A stretch of DNA of 64,000 nt from Octopus sinensis (Eukaryota), in NCBI RefSeq assembly GCF_006345805.1, contig NC_043002.1:24800001-24864000 (forward strand), written 5' to 3'. The position numbers and the translations under genes are program-made. Shown piece by piece: positions 37,232-49,400 of this stretch. How positions within the stretch are numbered: the first letter of the stretch is position 1; the number at the start of each line of letters is the position of its first letter. The notes beneath the pieces were generated by a model. That model worked only from the letters and a program-made list of their open reading frames with translations, was not told the origin of the DNA and made no database searches.

Positions 37232-40200
37232 CGCGGTACCCCCGCCCTCCCACCCCTTCCACCAAAACCTGAAGTTAGTACGAAGTTAGTACCTCAGTCT
37301 GTTTCTCCCCCTCACGCTGACACTCCCACACCCCTATAGTAGGGCTATTCGATCATATAGCGCAAAAACTGTAGTGTATGAAGGTTGTAGTCTAGTGTTT
37401 ATTTATGAAATTTGCCAATCGCAAGTCTTCTTTTCAGGTACATGACACTTCTGTCCCACATCCCAGGGTCCCACAGGCCCACTCCTCTCACACCCTCAGT
37501 GTTGGCACACTCAATGTTGGCACATTGAAAGGTAGGTCTGGTGAGATTGTCGAGCTGCTTGAACGGAGACGTGTGGATGTGCTGCATCCAAGAAGTAAGG
37601 TGGAGAGGAGGTTCCGCTAGGCTCCTCACAGGCAAGGAACACAGGTACAAGATTTTCTGGGCAGGGAACACTGACGGGGTTGGGGGCGTGGGTATACTTC
37701 TTGCAGAGAAATGGGTAGATAAAGTAATCGAGATAGTCAGAGTAAGTGACAGTGTACTTAAGGTTAGATTAGTGCCTCACCATTGGTCAGCTACCACCAT
37801 CTTGGCATATGCCCCTCAAACAGGGCTACCGGAAGGACAGAAAGACCAATTCTACGACACCCTATTACAAACTACCTCGTTGACAAATGACAGTGACCTT
37901 CTATTTGTGGCAGGTGACTTCAATGGACATGTTTGAATGCATGTCGGGGGCTACGGTTTTGGTTCTCGCAATGAGGAGGGAACCGGGCTGCTGGAGTTCG
38001 GCGATGCAAATGACCTAATGATTTGCAATACCAGCTTCAGGAAACCCACCTCTCACCTTGTCACTTACCGTTCTGGCAGACACACTACCCAGATCGACTA
38101 CATCCTTGCCAGAAAGAGGGAAAAAGGGCTGCCCAGAAGAAGAATAGCTCGGAGGAGAAGAGTCTGGAAACTTAAAGATCCTGTAAATGGACGGAGATTT
38201 AGAGAAGTTCTACTCGAAGCTTTCGATGAAATAGAAGGGGATATAACATCACATAATGTGGAAGCCAACTGGAGGTTTCTACGGGACAATCTGCTGAGAG
38301 CTACTGACCAGATCTGTGGATGGAGCAAAGTCCCATCTCGTCCCAGGGTAACGTGGTGGTAGAATAATGTTGTAGACAGGGCTATTAAAGACAAGAGACA
38401 GGCTTGGAAGGACTGGAGGAAAGGCGGTTGTAGGGAATTGTATCAGACTGCGAAAAGAGAAGCTGGGAGACAGGTATATCTAGCTAGAGGGGAAGCAGAT
38501 AAGAAAAAATTTGCCAATGTTCTGCGCCGTGAGGACCAAAGACTTGAGTTGTTTCGTGTTGCAAGACAGTGTGTGAGAGAGAATCGTGATGTGGTAGGAG
38601 AGAAATGTGTTCGCATGGATGATGGTTCACTTGCGTTAAATGAGGATGCAAAGAGAGAGGTTTGAAGATGCCACTATGAAAGGTTGCTCAAAAAAGAGAA
38701 TGAACGGGATAAAGAGAGTCTGCCGAATGTCGACCCAATAGAGGGACCAGCTATCCGAGTTGACAGTTCCATGGTAGTTAAGGCAATTGGAAGCATGAAG
38801 ACAGGGAAAGCCCCAGGCCCGTCAGGAATTACTGCTGAGATGCTCAAAATATCTGGCAGTGTCGGCTATAGCCTAGTCACCCGTATAGTTAACCAGGTGA
38901 TACATGAAGGAGTCATACCCAATGACTGGTGTAGTAGCATAATAGTCAACTGCTACAAAGGTAAAGGTGACGCCCTAGATACAAGTAATTACAGAGGTAT
39001 TAAGCTGTTGGATCAAGTAATGAAGGTTACAGAAAGGGTCATTGCCCAACTGATTAGAGAGAGAGTCAACCTAGACGAGATGCAGTTTGGTTTTGTGCCA
39101 GGGAAAAGCACCACTGATGCCATATTTCTGGTGAGACAGCTGCAGGACCTTGCTCTAATTGCTGAGTGACTATCAGAACTGGAGGAGAAGTTTCAGGTGT
39201 GGAAGCAAGGATTAGAATCAAAGGGCCTTAGAGTCAATCTAGCTAAAACCAAAGTCCTAATAAGTAGGAAGGTAGACAAATCTCAAACACCTTCAGGTAG
39301 ATGGCCCTGCTCGATCTGTAGAAAAGGCGTAGGTAGGAACTCTATAAGATGCACCAAGTGTAAGCTATGAACACATAAGAGGTGCAGCAATGTCAAAGGA
39401 AGGCTAACCAGGAAGATAGTTTTTGTATGTGGCAGATGCTCTGGTTCAATAAAGACTGAAGATGCGCAGAGACCATCTTCCGCCAGATTCCAGGGAGAAA
39501 AACTTGAAATAGTTGATAGTTTCCGTTACCTAGGTGACCAAGTCAGTAGCGGGGGTGGGTGTGCCAAAAGTGTAACTGCTAGAGTAAGAATAGCCTGGGC
39601 AAAGTTCAGAGAGCTCTTACCTCTGCTGGTGACAAAGGGCCTTTCACTCAGAGTAAAAGGCAGACTGTATGACGCATGTGTGCGAACAGCCATGCTACAT
39701 GGCAGTGAAACATGGGTCGTGACTGCTGAGGATATGCGTAAGCTCGCAAGAAATGAAGCCAGTATGCTCTGTTGGATGTGTAATGTCAGTGTTCATACCC
39801 GACAGAGTGTAAGTGCCTTGAGAGAAAAGTTGGAGCTAAGAAGCATCAGATGTGGTGTGCAAGAGATGCGTCTACGCTGGTATGGACACGTAGTAAGAAT
39901 GGATGAAGATAGTTGTGTGAAAAAGTGCTACACCCTAGAGGTTGAGGGAACCTGTGGAAGAGGTAGACCCAGGAAAGCCTGGGACGAGGTGGTGAAGAAC
40001 GACCTTCGCGCTTTAGGTCTTACCGAGGAAATGACCAGAGACTGAGACCTTTGGAAGTATGCTGTGTGCGAGAAGACCCAGCAGGACACATGAGGCCATA
40101 ACCCATGGCCCCTCCCTGGGACGTAGTCAGTCCACCTGTGCATACCTTCCTTCTTGGGACACTTGTGAAGACCTGTTGAGGCAAGTGAAAATCAAAATCA

Positions 40201-40564
40201 AAATAAAAATCAAACCAAATCAAAATCGATGACCATCAATGGAATTTGTATCTTTGTGGTACCAGTGCCGGTGGCACATAAGAAGATCATCCGAACGTGG
40301 CCGTAGCCAGTACCGCATCGACTGGCCTCCGTGCTGTGGGCACGTAACAAACACCATCCGATCATGGCCGTTCGCCAGCCACGTCTGGCACCTGTGTCGG
40401 TGGCACATAAAATCACTCACTACACTCTCGGAGTGGTTGGCGTTAGGAAGGGCATCCAGCTGTAGAAACACTGACTGGCCTGGTGCAGCCTTCGGGCTTC
40501 CCAGACCCCAGTTGAACCGTCCAACCCATGCTAGCATGGAAAGCGGACGTTAAATGATGATGAT
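37232..40564 (+). mobile_element. Near full-length RTE LINE (APE endonuclease + RT), inactivated
   Basis: TLNVGTL...CIQEVRW...AYAPQ...AGDFNGHV...QIDYIL (APE) and KAPGPSGI...NYRGIKLL...QFGFVPGKSTTDAIF (RT); stops, frameshifts and an RT deletion at ~39146; (GAT)n tail. Confidence 0.92.
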
Positions 40565-40593
40565 ATATGTATGTACATATGTATGTGTGTATA

Positions 40594-40673
<80 letters not shown>
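40565..40673. repeat. (TA)n microsatellite
   Basis: Long TA run. Others at ~21520, 25426, 42033, 45505, 50372-50542, 63250 and 63841. Confidence 0.95.
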
Positions 40674-40677
<4 letters not shown>

Positions 40678-40882
40678 AGTAATTGAATGAATTATCTTAT
40701 TAAGGATAATTCGAAAGATAACCGATACCTGGGTAGCAAATTCACATCAGAAAGAACACGGTTGAAGCTACGTCCCTAGGGCATAGACTACGTGTCTTCG
40801 TGCGGAAATTTCTATGTTTATTTTTAAAATTATCAGTATATGAAAGAATGAAGTTGAACAACTAGTTAACAAATATCCTTTA

Positions 40883-40965
40883 TTCTCGACATATGTTTCG
40901 AAGGCTGCATATTCCTAATTCCGAAGGAATAAGGAGTACATTATGCAGATTTCTCATCAGGAAAA
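40883..40965 (-). ncRNA. Type I hammerhead ribozyme with extended stem II
   Basis: Minus strand: ttttc-CTGATGA-gaaatctgcata...tatgcagccttc-GAAAC-atat-GTC-gagaa. Core conserved; palindromic stem III (ACATATGT); GUC cleavage triplet. Confidence 0.75.
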
Positions 40966-41168
40966 TCAAGGAACTTATGTCGACATCAAAATGCACAAAA
41001 AACTTTTAGCTGACCACTCTCAATGAGTGTTACTTTATAATGAGTGACGTCAGAGTGGCTGAATGTAGAAGAATCTAGAAGTTTCTAATGGTTCAAGAGT
41101 TCAAACGAAGTAGGAGGAGGGAGGCATAAGAATAGTAAGGTGAGAGAGTGCAGGTCAAAAGAATGGTG

Positions 41169-41593
41169 GGTTTAAATGATTTCTTTTGTGAATGAGTGCC
41201 TGTGTGTGTGACTGTATATAACTGTCTTACTGTGTGTATGTGTGTCTCTGAATGCGTGATTGTGTTTGTGGATGGGTAGATGTCAGAAAACTGACAGCTG
41301 TGAGTTGAAAGGTCTGTATCTGTGTGTTCGATTATGTTTACTGTAGGGAAAAGAAAGTAGATAGCGAAAGGGAGAAAGAATCGGGCGAGGTGAGAGGCTA
41401 TCTACTTTCCTTTCCCTACAATAAACATAATCGAACACACAGATACAGACCTTTCAACTCACAGCTGTCAGTTTTCTGACATCTACCCATCCACAAACAC
41501 AATCACGCATTCAGACACACACATACACACATTAAGACAGTTATATACAGTCACACACACAGGCACTCATTCACAAAAGAAATCATTTAAACC
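41169..41593. repeat. ~197-bp near-perfect inverted repeat with 31-nt loop
   Basis: Arms 41169-41365 and 41397-41593 (e.g. gtcagaaaactgacagctgtgagttgaaagg / cctttcaactcacagctgtcagttttctgac). Confidence 0.92.
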
Positions 41594-41875
41594 ACTGACA
41601 CAGGATTTATCCTTCGAAACGTAGAGTAGATGAAACCTTAGCGACTGAAGAAGGGGTTTTTTCGTTGTCTTAATTGTCCTGTACTCCATTTTCTGTTGTT
41701 TTTAAAAAAATCTCCTGTTCCTTTGGTTTGTGTCTATGTTTTCGTTTCTCTTTGTGTTCGACGTCCCTTTGGTGTCCTGTACTCATATATGCGTGTATAT
41801 GTACATGTAGAGGTAGGTACGTACATATATGTTTATATATATGCATATGTTTTATTTCATTTATTAATATATATA

Positions 41876-42031
41876 CCATCATCATCATCATCATCATTTA
41901 GCGTCCGTTTTCCATGGGTTGGACGGTTCAACTGGGGTCTGGGGAGCCCGAAGGCTGCACCAGGCCAGTCAGATCTGGCAGTGTTTCTACAGCTGGATGC
42001 CCTTCCTAACGCCAACCACTCCGAGAGTGTA

Positions 42032-42032
<1 letters not shown>
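41876..42032 (-). mobile_element. RTE 3' tail fragment
   Basis: Near-identical inverted copy of 40420-40564. Confidence 0.85.
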
Positions 42033-42067
<35 letters not shown>

Positions 42068-42151
42068 ATTCGAGACAAAACCACTATTTTAAAACCAAAC
42101 AAGGAAAGACTTAATCAATACATAAAATTTTAATATAAATTAAATAAACCG

Positions 42152-42194
42152 CCACTACAAATGTTTCATGTCTGCTCCGACAATCTTCAGGTGG
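42152..42194 (-). ncRNA. Minimal type I hammerhead ribozyme
   Basis: ccac-CTGAAGA-ttgtc ggagca gacat-GAAAC-attt-GTA-gtgg (stem I ccac/gtgg; stem II tgtc/gaca). Confidence 0.7.
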
Positions 42195-44735
42195 ATTTTC
42201 GATCTAAAAATAGCAATATTTTAAAATATAATTTAAAATAATTTCAAATATTAAAACAATAAAATTATCAATGAAAGAATGTAAAAAAAATAAAAATATA
42301 ATCTATATATAATCTATATATAATCAATATATAATCTAAAATAATCTAAAATAAACCCTATAAACAATTGAATATAAAAACCTATTATAAAAGTTCTCAT
42401 ATTTAAAAATGTACAAAAACCAAAAAACAACAAGCAAAAAACAAAACCTAAAAACAAAAAACAAAAAACAAAAAATAAACTATATATACACATACATGCT
42501 CATACACTCAACACATTACTTATTCATACTTCCACACACACACATACAACACTCAATTCATAAACAATATACATATACCCGCTCACACATACATATACAT
42601 ACACATACATACAGAACACGATATATACCAATATATAAACACCCACACCCATACAGATAAATAAATTACGCAAACAATCACACACACACACACACACACA
42701 CACATTTTCACACATACATAAACACTCAAAAGAAAACCGAACAATTCTTAGCACGTGGATATCAAACATTAAAAAAAATTATGAATGGAAATGAAATCCA
42801 TACATTCAAGTATAAATATAACTATACAAACCCTAACACAATACACATAAATACACACACATATATACACACACCCACAAACATAACCATATACACACTC
42901 ACACATACATATACATACGTACAAGTCCCGATACAAACAAACTTTAATAAAACGACCATGAAAAACGAAAACTCATATATATTAATATATATATGAAAGA
43001 GTGTGTACACGCAGACGGGTCCAATCACACGCACATTCAAAACTTACATATATACAAGTGCATAAATAATCACACCCAATTACATAGCACTCATACACTC
43101 CCACATCTACACTTACACTTGTACACTCTCACACATACATACACACCCATGCCTACATACAAAAAATTCTTAGTAAAATAATCATGATAAATAAAATCCA
43201 TACATACAAGTATAAATATAAAGATACAACCCATTACACAATACACATAAATACACACACATATATACACACACCCACAAACATAACCATATACACACTC
43301 ACACATACAAATAATACGTACAAAACTCGATACAATCAAATACACACACGCACACAAATTCACACATACATAAACATACAAAAGAAAACAACATCTCTAC
43401 ACATAATACGATATATAAAATACTCCATAAGAAATCAGATTATCATAAGTAACAAGATTAACAAAGGAGAAATATACATACCTTCTAATCAGTATCAAAT
43501 TTTGAAATGAATAACTTTATCCGTTATTACAATAAACAAAAATTGCGTTACCATGGAACCGAACATATAAAAATTATTAGCGCCGCGTAAAACAGCGTCT
43601 TTAAAATTATGAATGGAATATAAAATTCTTAGCGCGTAATAAACAAACGTAAATTAAAAAATTATGAATGGATATACAAAACTTTCTACAAATTCTTTAA
43701 AAAAACCATAAAAAACGAAAATTCATATAGATATTAATATATATATTAAAAAAATGAATGTGTACACGCAGACGGGTGCAATCACACGGACATTCAAAAC
43801 TTGCATGTATACAAGTACATAAATAATCACACTCAATTACATAGCACTCATACACTACCGCATCTATACTTACACTTTTACACACGCACACATACATACA
43901 CACCCATACCTACATACAAAATACTTATTAAACTAATCATGATAATGAAGTCTATACATACAAATATAAAGATAAAGATAAAACCCCATTCATACACAAT
44001 ACACACAAATACACACACATATATACACACACACAAACATAACCATATACACACTCACGCATACATATACATACGTACAAACTCAATATATACACTAATA
44101 TTCATTCACACACTCAATAAAATATTAAGTAAATACAAAACAAAGAAATACCAATTAAATACTAACTATAATTAAAGTCTAAACTATATAACTAAAAATA
44201 TATATATCGTACTCTAAACTAAAAACAAATTAATCTACAGTAACCTTTAATAGGGGGCTATTAATTTTATTAATTTATATATCATTTATGAATGAAATCC
44301 ATACATACAAGTATAAATATAACTATACAACCCCTAACACAATACACACAAATACACACACATATATACACACACCCACAAACATAACCATATACACACT
44401 CACACATACATATACATACGTACAAATCTCGATACAAACAAACTTTAATAAAACGACCATGATAAACGAAAACTCATATATATATATTAAAATATATATA
44501 AAAGAGTGTGTACACGCAGACGGGTGCAATCACACGCACATTCAAAACTTACATGTATACAAGTGCATAAATAATCACACCCAATTACATAGCACTCATA
44601 CACTCCCACATCTACACTAACACTTATATGATTATTTTAATAAGAATTTTTGTATGTAGGTATGGGTGTGTATGTATGTGTGAGTGTGTATAAGAATTGT
44701 TCGGTTTTCTTTTGAGTGTTTATGTATGTGTGAAA

Positions 44736-44769
<34 letters not shown>

Positions 44770-45276
44770 TTGTTTGCGTAATTTATTTATCTGTATGGGT
44801 GTGGGTGTTTATATATTGGTATATATCGTGTTCTGTATGTATGTGTATGTATATGTATGTGTGAGCGGGTATATGTATATTGTTTATGAATTGAGTGTTG
44901 TATGTGTGTGTGAGGAAGTATGAATAAGTAATGTGTTGAGTGTATGAGCATGTATGTGTATATATAGTTTATTTTTTGTTTTTTGTTTTTTGTTTTTGGT
45001 TTTTAGGTTTTGGTTTTTGTTTCTTGCTTGTTGTTTTTTGGTTTTTGTACATTTTTAAATATGAGAACTTTTATAATAGGTTTTTATATTCAATTGTTTA
45101 TAGGGTTTATTTTAGATTATTTTAGATTATATATTGATTATATATAGATTATATATAGATTATATATAGATTATATTTTTATTTTTTTACATTCTTTCAT
45201 TGATAATTTTATTGTTTTAATATTTGAAATTATTTTAAATTATATTTTAAAATATTGCTATTTTTAGATCGAAAAT

Positions 45277-45319
45277 CCACCTGAAGATTGTCGGAGCAGA
45301 CATGAAACATTTGTAGTGG
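45277..45319 (+). ncRNA. Minimal type I hammerhead ribozyme (identical inverted copy)
   Basis: ccacCTGAAGAttgtcggagcagacatGAAACatttGTAgtgg. Confidence 0.7.
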
Positions 45320-45489
45320 CGGTTTATTTAATTTATATTAAAATTTTATGTATTGATTAAGTCTTTCCTTGTTTGGTTTTAAAATAGTGGTTTTGTCTCG
45401 AATTATATTATATAATATTTTACTATAAAATTGGATTTAACCCTAAATCTGATTTTTCCCTGTAATTTTGGATTCATTCCCTAATATTT

Positions 45490-45535
<46 letters not shown>

Positions 45536-45537
<2 letters not shown>

Positions 45538-46439
45538 CAAGGAAAAATTATAAAAAGGCAAAATGCTAAGTAAAAGGAAAATTTTAATGAAAATGGGTGT
45601 GTAACGAACTTTGTGAGTGAATATATCTTCTCTTGTACTTTCGGGGTACAAGAAAGCAATCACTTTCCATTGCTTTTATATCCAGACTCTACCAGTCAAA
45701 GAAACACAAAGCGCAGACGTAAAAAATAGATATACTTTATTGTTTTATAGTGAGAGATCAGTGGTATATCTGATGTCCTTGGTTCTGGGCGCGCAAGGCT
45801 GAAAGTTAATCGATTGTAATATTTACAATGTTCAGCCGCCAAAAACAGAACGGGTCGAAAATGGCGTCCGGAGGAAGAAGATGATGTCTGCAACAATTCA
45901 GGTTAAAAGTCTTCGGCCAAAAGACTGCTGCTATCAAAACCGGAGAGAAAACGAATTAAACGTCTGCTTCTATGAAAAGCCTGCCGCTGTCTGTCGGACG
46001 CTAATGGTCAACGCTTTACGCTCCCTTGCCTCTTTGTTAAGGCTCACGCTCCCTTGCCTCTTTGTTAAGGCTCGCGCTCCCTTGCTAAGGCCACGTCAGC
46101 AAGGCCACGTCAGCTAAGGCCACGTCAGCAAAATTCCCTCTTTCGGACTTCGTGTATTCGCGAGAGGGCGTTACGCGCGCGCGCTGTTGTATAGGATCAC
46201 TACAGGTGTATGGAAAATTTTGAAAAATTAATAATATATATATATATTAATTCAAACTGGTTTTTGTCACAACCGGTTTTCGTCAAGAATTGTAAAGTGA
46301 AAAGAAAAAAAATTTTTTTTTTATGTTTGAGGAAGGTCTTTTTTCCCCCTCCTCAAACATTTAAAAAAAATTTCCTGTTTCATTAAGTTTTTATTTCGAA
46401 CCACGCCCTGCCATAGAGAATTCTCCCTCATGGCGTCTC

Positions 46440-46470
<31 letters not shown>

Positions 46471-49400
46471 CCTCCCCATCTCCGATCTAACACACCAAAT
46501 CGTCCCCCGCCCCAAACCCCCAAATCTCTCTATAAACCAGCGTTTGCTCTGTCCTTGCCTCTACTCGATTCTCACTGCTTTGCTTCGGATGATAAACTCG
46601 GATCTCAGAAATGTGCAGGTAAGATATATATTTTGACGCTAACCTTAGTTTATTACCGTTTAAGTGTTGATCTAACCCTAATATCTTCTCCGTATATTAT
46701 CTATCTCTCTATCTTCTTCCTCTCTCTATTTTTTATCTCTCTCTATTGTAAACATGATGCCGCTAGCTTCCTATTTGTCCTTTTCGATACATTTTCTATA
46801 TTCCTCATTTATTTCAGGGTATTTTCTTTCTCCCAAAATTCCCTGAAATGATTTCGGCATTTCTTGTTTCTTTAAGTTTTTATTTCGAACCACGTCCTGC
46901 CATAGAGAATTCGCCCTCATGGCGTGTCCTCTCTCTTTCTCTCTCTCTCTCTCCCTCCCCATCTCCGATCTAACACCCCAAATCTTCCCCACCCGAAACC
47001 CCCAAATCTCTATATAAACCAGCGTTTGCTCTGTCCTTGCCTCTACTCGATTCTCACTGATTTGCTTCGGATGATAAACTCGGATCTCAGAAATGTGCAG
47101 CTAAGATATATATTTTGACGCTAACCTTAGTTCATTACCGTTTAAGCGTTGATCTAACCCTAATATCTTCTCCCTATATTATCTATCTCTCTATCTTCTT
47201 CCTCTCTCTATTTTTTATCTCTCTGTATTGTAAACATGATACCCTGAAATATATGAGGAATATAGAAAATATATCGAAATGGACAAATAGGAAGCTAGCG
47301 GCATCATGTTTACAATACATAGAGATAAAAAATAGAGAGAGGAAGAAGATAGAGCGATAGATAATATACGGAGAAGATATTAGCGTTAGATCAACGCTTA
47401 AACGGTAATGAACTAAGGTTAGCGTCAAAATATATATCTTAGCTGCACATTTCTGAGATCCGAGTTTATCATCCGAAGCAAAGCGGTGAGAATCGAGTAG
47501 AGGCAAGGACAGAGCAAACGCTGGTTTATATAGAGATTAGGGGTTTTGGGGGGGGGGCGATTTGGTGTTTTAGATCGGAGATGGGGAGGGAGAGAAAGAG
47601 AGAGGAGATGCCACGAGGGAGAATTCTCTATGGCAGGGCGTGGTTCGAAATAAAAACTTAATGAAACAGGAAATTTTTTTTTTATGTTTGAGGAGGGGGA
47701 AAAAAAACGCTGGTTACTAAAACATAAAAAAAATTTTTTTTTTCTTTTCACTTTACAATTGTTGACGAAAACAGGTTGTGACAAAAACTGGTTTGAATTA
47801 ATATATATATATTTTATTAATTTTTCAAAATTTTCCATACACCGTGACACCGACACTACTCTCGGATCACAACATAGTAGAGCTGACCATGTACGGGCCA
47901 AAAGAGAGCACGGACATGCAGCCTACAAGAAACCCTCAGAATCTTTCCAGCTTGAACTACCATAAGGCAAACTGGAAACAAATTGAGAAAGAGATCCTCA
48001 AACAAAACTGGCCTAAATGTCTCTCCTCGCCAGACATCGACGTGAAACTTCAACAATTCATGTCTGTAATGCAAGCCATATGCTACAAATGTGTCCCAGA
48101 GAGAAAGGCCACTGTACACAAGAACAAAATCCCCAGAGAGAGGAAAATTTTAATGAGACGGCGTACAGAAATTTCAAATCGCCTAAACAAACAGATTGAA
48201 AGCAGTGAAAAGTCCCGCCTAAAAATAAAACTGTTGGAAATTGAAAAATGTCTGCAACTCTCCCATGAAAAGGAAAGAGCAGACAAAGAAGCCTGGGCTA
48301 TAGACAACATAAAATCTAACCCCAGAGCTTTCTACAGGTATGCCAAAGAAACAGCTACGGTGCACTGTAGAATAGGGCCACTCCTTGAAAAGGATGGCAC
48401 ACTTACAGGAAAACCAATGAGGGTAAGTGAAATACTGAATGAGCAATTCAAGAGTGTTTTCACTCCACCCCTTGGGCATCTCCAAATCACCAATCCAACT
48501 GACTTCTTTACCACTACAGATATAAAATCAGAGGCGGCGACGATAGATTACATCGATATAAAGGAAGATGATGTAATAAAGGCTATAGATGAAATGAAAA
48601 CAGACTCAGCTACTGGCCCCGATGGATTCCCGGCAATCCTCCTAAAAGCATGTAAGAGAGTCCTAGCAAGACCACTGCAGTTCCTCTTTCAGAGCTTCCT
48701 TGCAGCTGGCAAACTTCCAAGAAAACTGAAGGAAGGTAAAATATGCCCCATTCATAAAGGAGGTAGCAGAGCGGAGGCCAAGAACTACAGACCTATCTCT
48801 CTGACCTCACACATAAGCAAGGTCATGGAACGAATAGTCAGAAGGAAACTGATCACCTTCCTTGAAGAAAATGACTTGCTGCCCGACACCCAACATGGTT
48901 TCCGACCAGGGAGAAGCTGTTTAACTCAGCTCCTATAACACTATGACTGGGTGCTGAAACGGCTGCTCAACCACTCAAATGTGGAAGTGATATATCTCGA
49001 CTTTGCAAAGGCCTTTGATAAAGTCGATCATGGAATGATATGTCACAAACTGCGTGATCTCAACATAGTTGGAAAACTGGGAGAATGGCTTCATGACTTT
49101 CTGAAAGATAGAAGTCAGGTGGTAGTAGCCAATGGGGCCACTTCCATTAACACGCAAATAGTGAGCGGTGTTCTGCAGGGCACTGTTCTGGGACCACTAC
49201 TGTTCATAATGGCCCTCTCAGACATGCCCTCAGCCACGCAGAGAGCCACGATCACAAGTTATGCAGATGATACAAAAGTTTCACAGGCAATACAGAACCC
49301 TGAGGACACTAAACGCCTGCAATGTGAGCTGGACAAAATATACAAGTGGGCTGAAAAGAATAGCAGGCAGTTCAATGCTGAAAAGTTTCAAGCTTTATAC

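Larger units (their letters stand above)
42057..45500. mobile_element. Non-autonomous Penelope-like/retrozyme-like element with ~700-bp inverted arms and CA-rich internal tandem repeats
   Basis: Arms 42057-42750 and 44691-45414 are near-identical inverted copies, each with a hammerhead core; internal direct repeats at ~42780, ~43700 and ~44290; no real ORF. Confidence 0.7.

Noticed and set aside
26506-37272. Dozens of recurring hydrophobic 60-220 aa ORFs (MPLLDSHCF...)
   Set aside because: Translations of the CT-rich satellite with mostly non-ATG starts and frames that shift with (CT)n length; no sign of coding constraint.
41595-41670. Additional hammerhead cores (ctgacac...gaaac...gta; ctgaaga...)
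   Set aside because: The first lacks the GA of CUGANGA and the second lacks GAAA; at best decayed.
42409-45125. H/T/Y/I-rich and C/V/M-rich ORFs
   Set aside because: Products of CA/TA low-complexity sequence.
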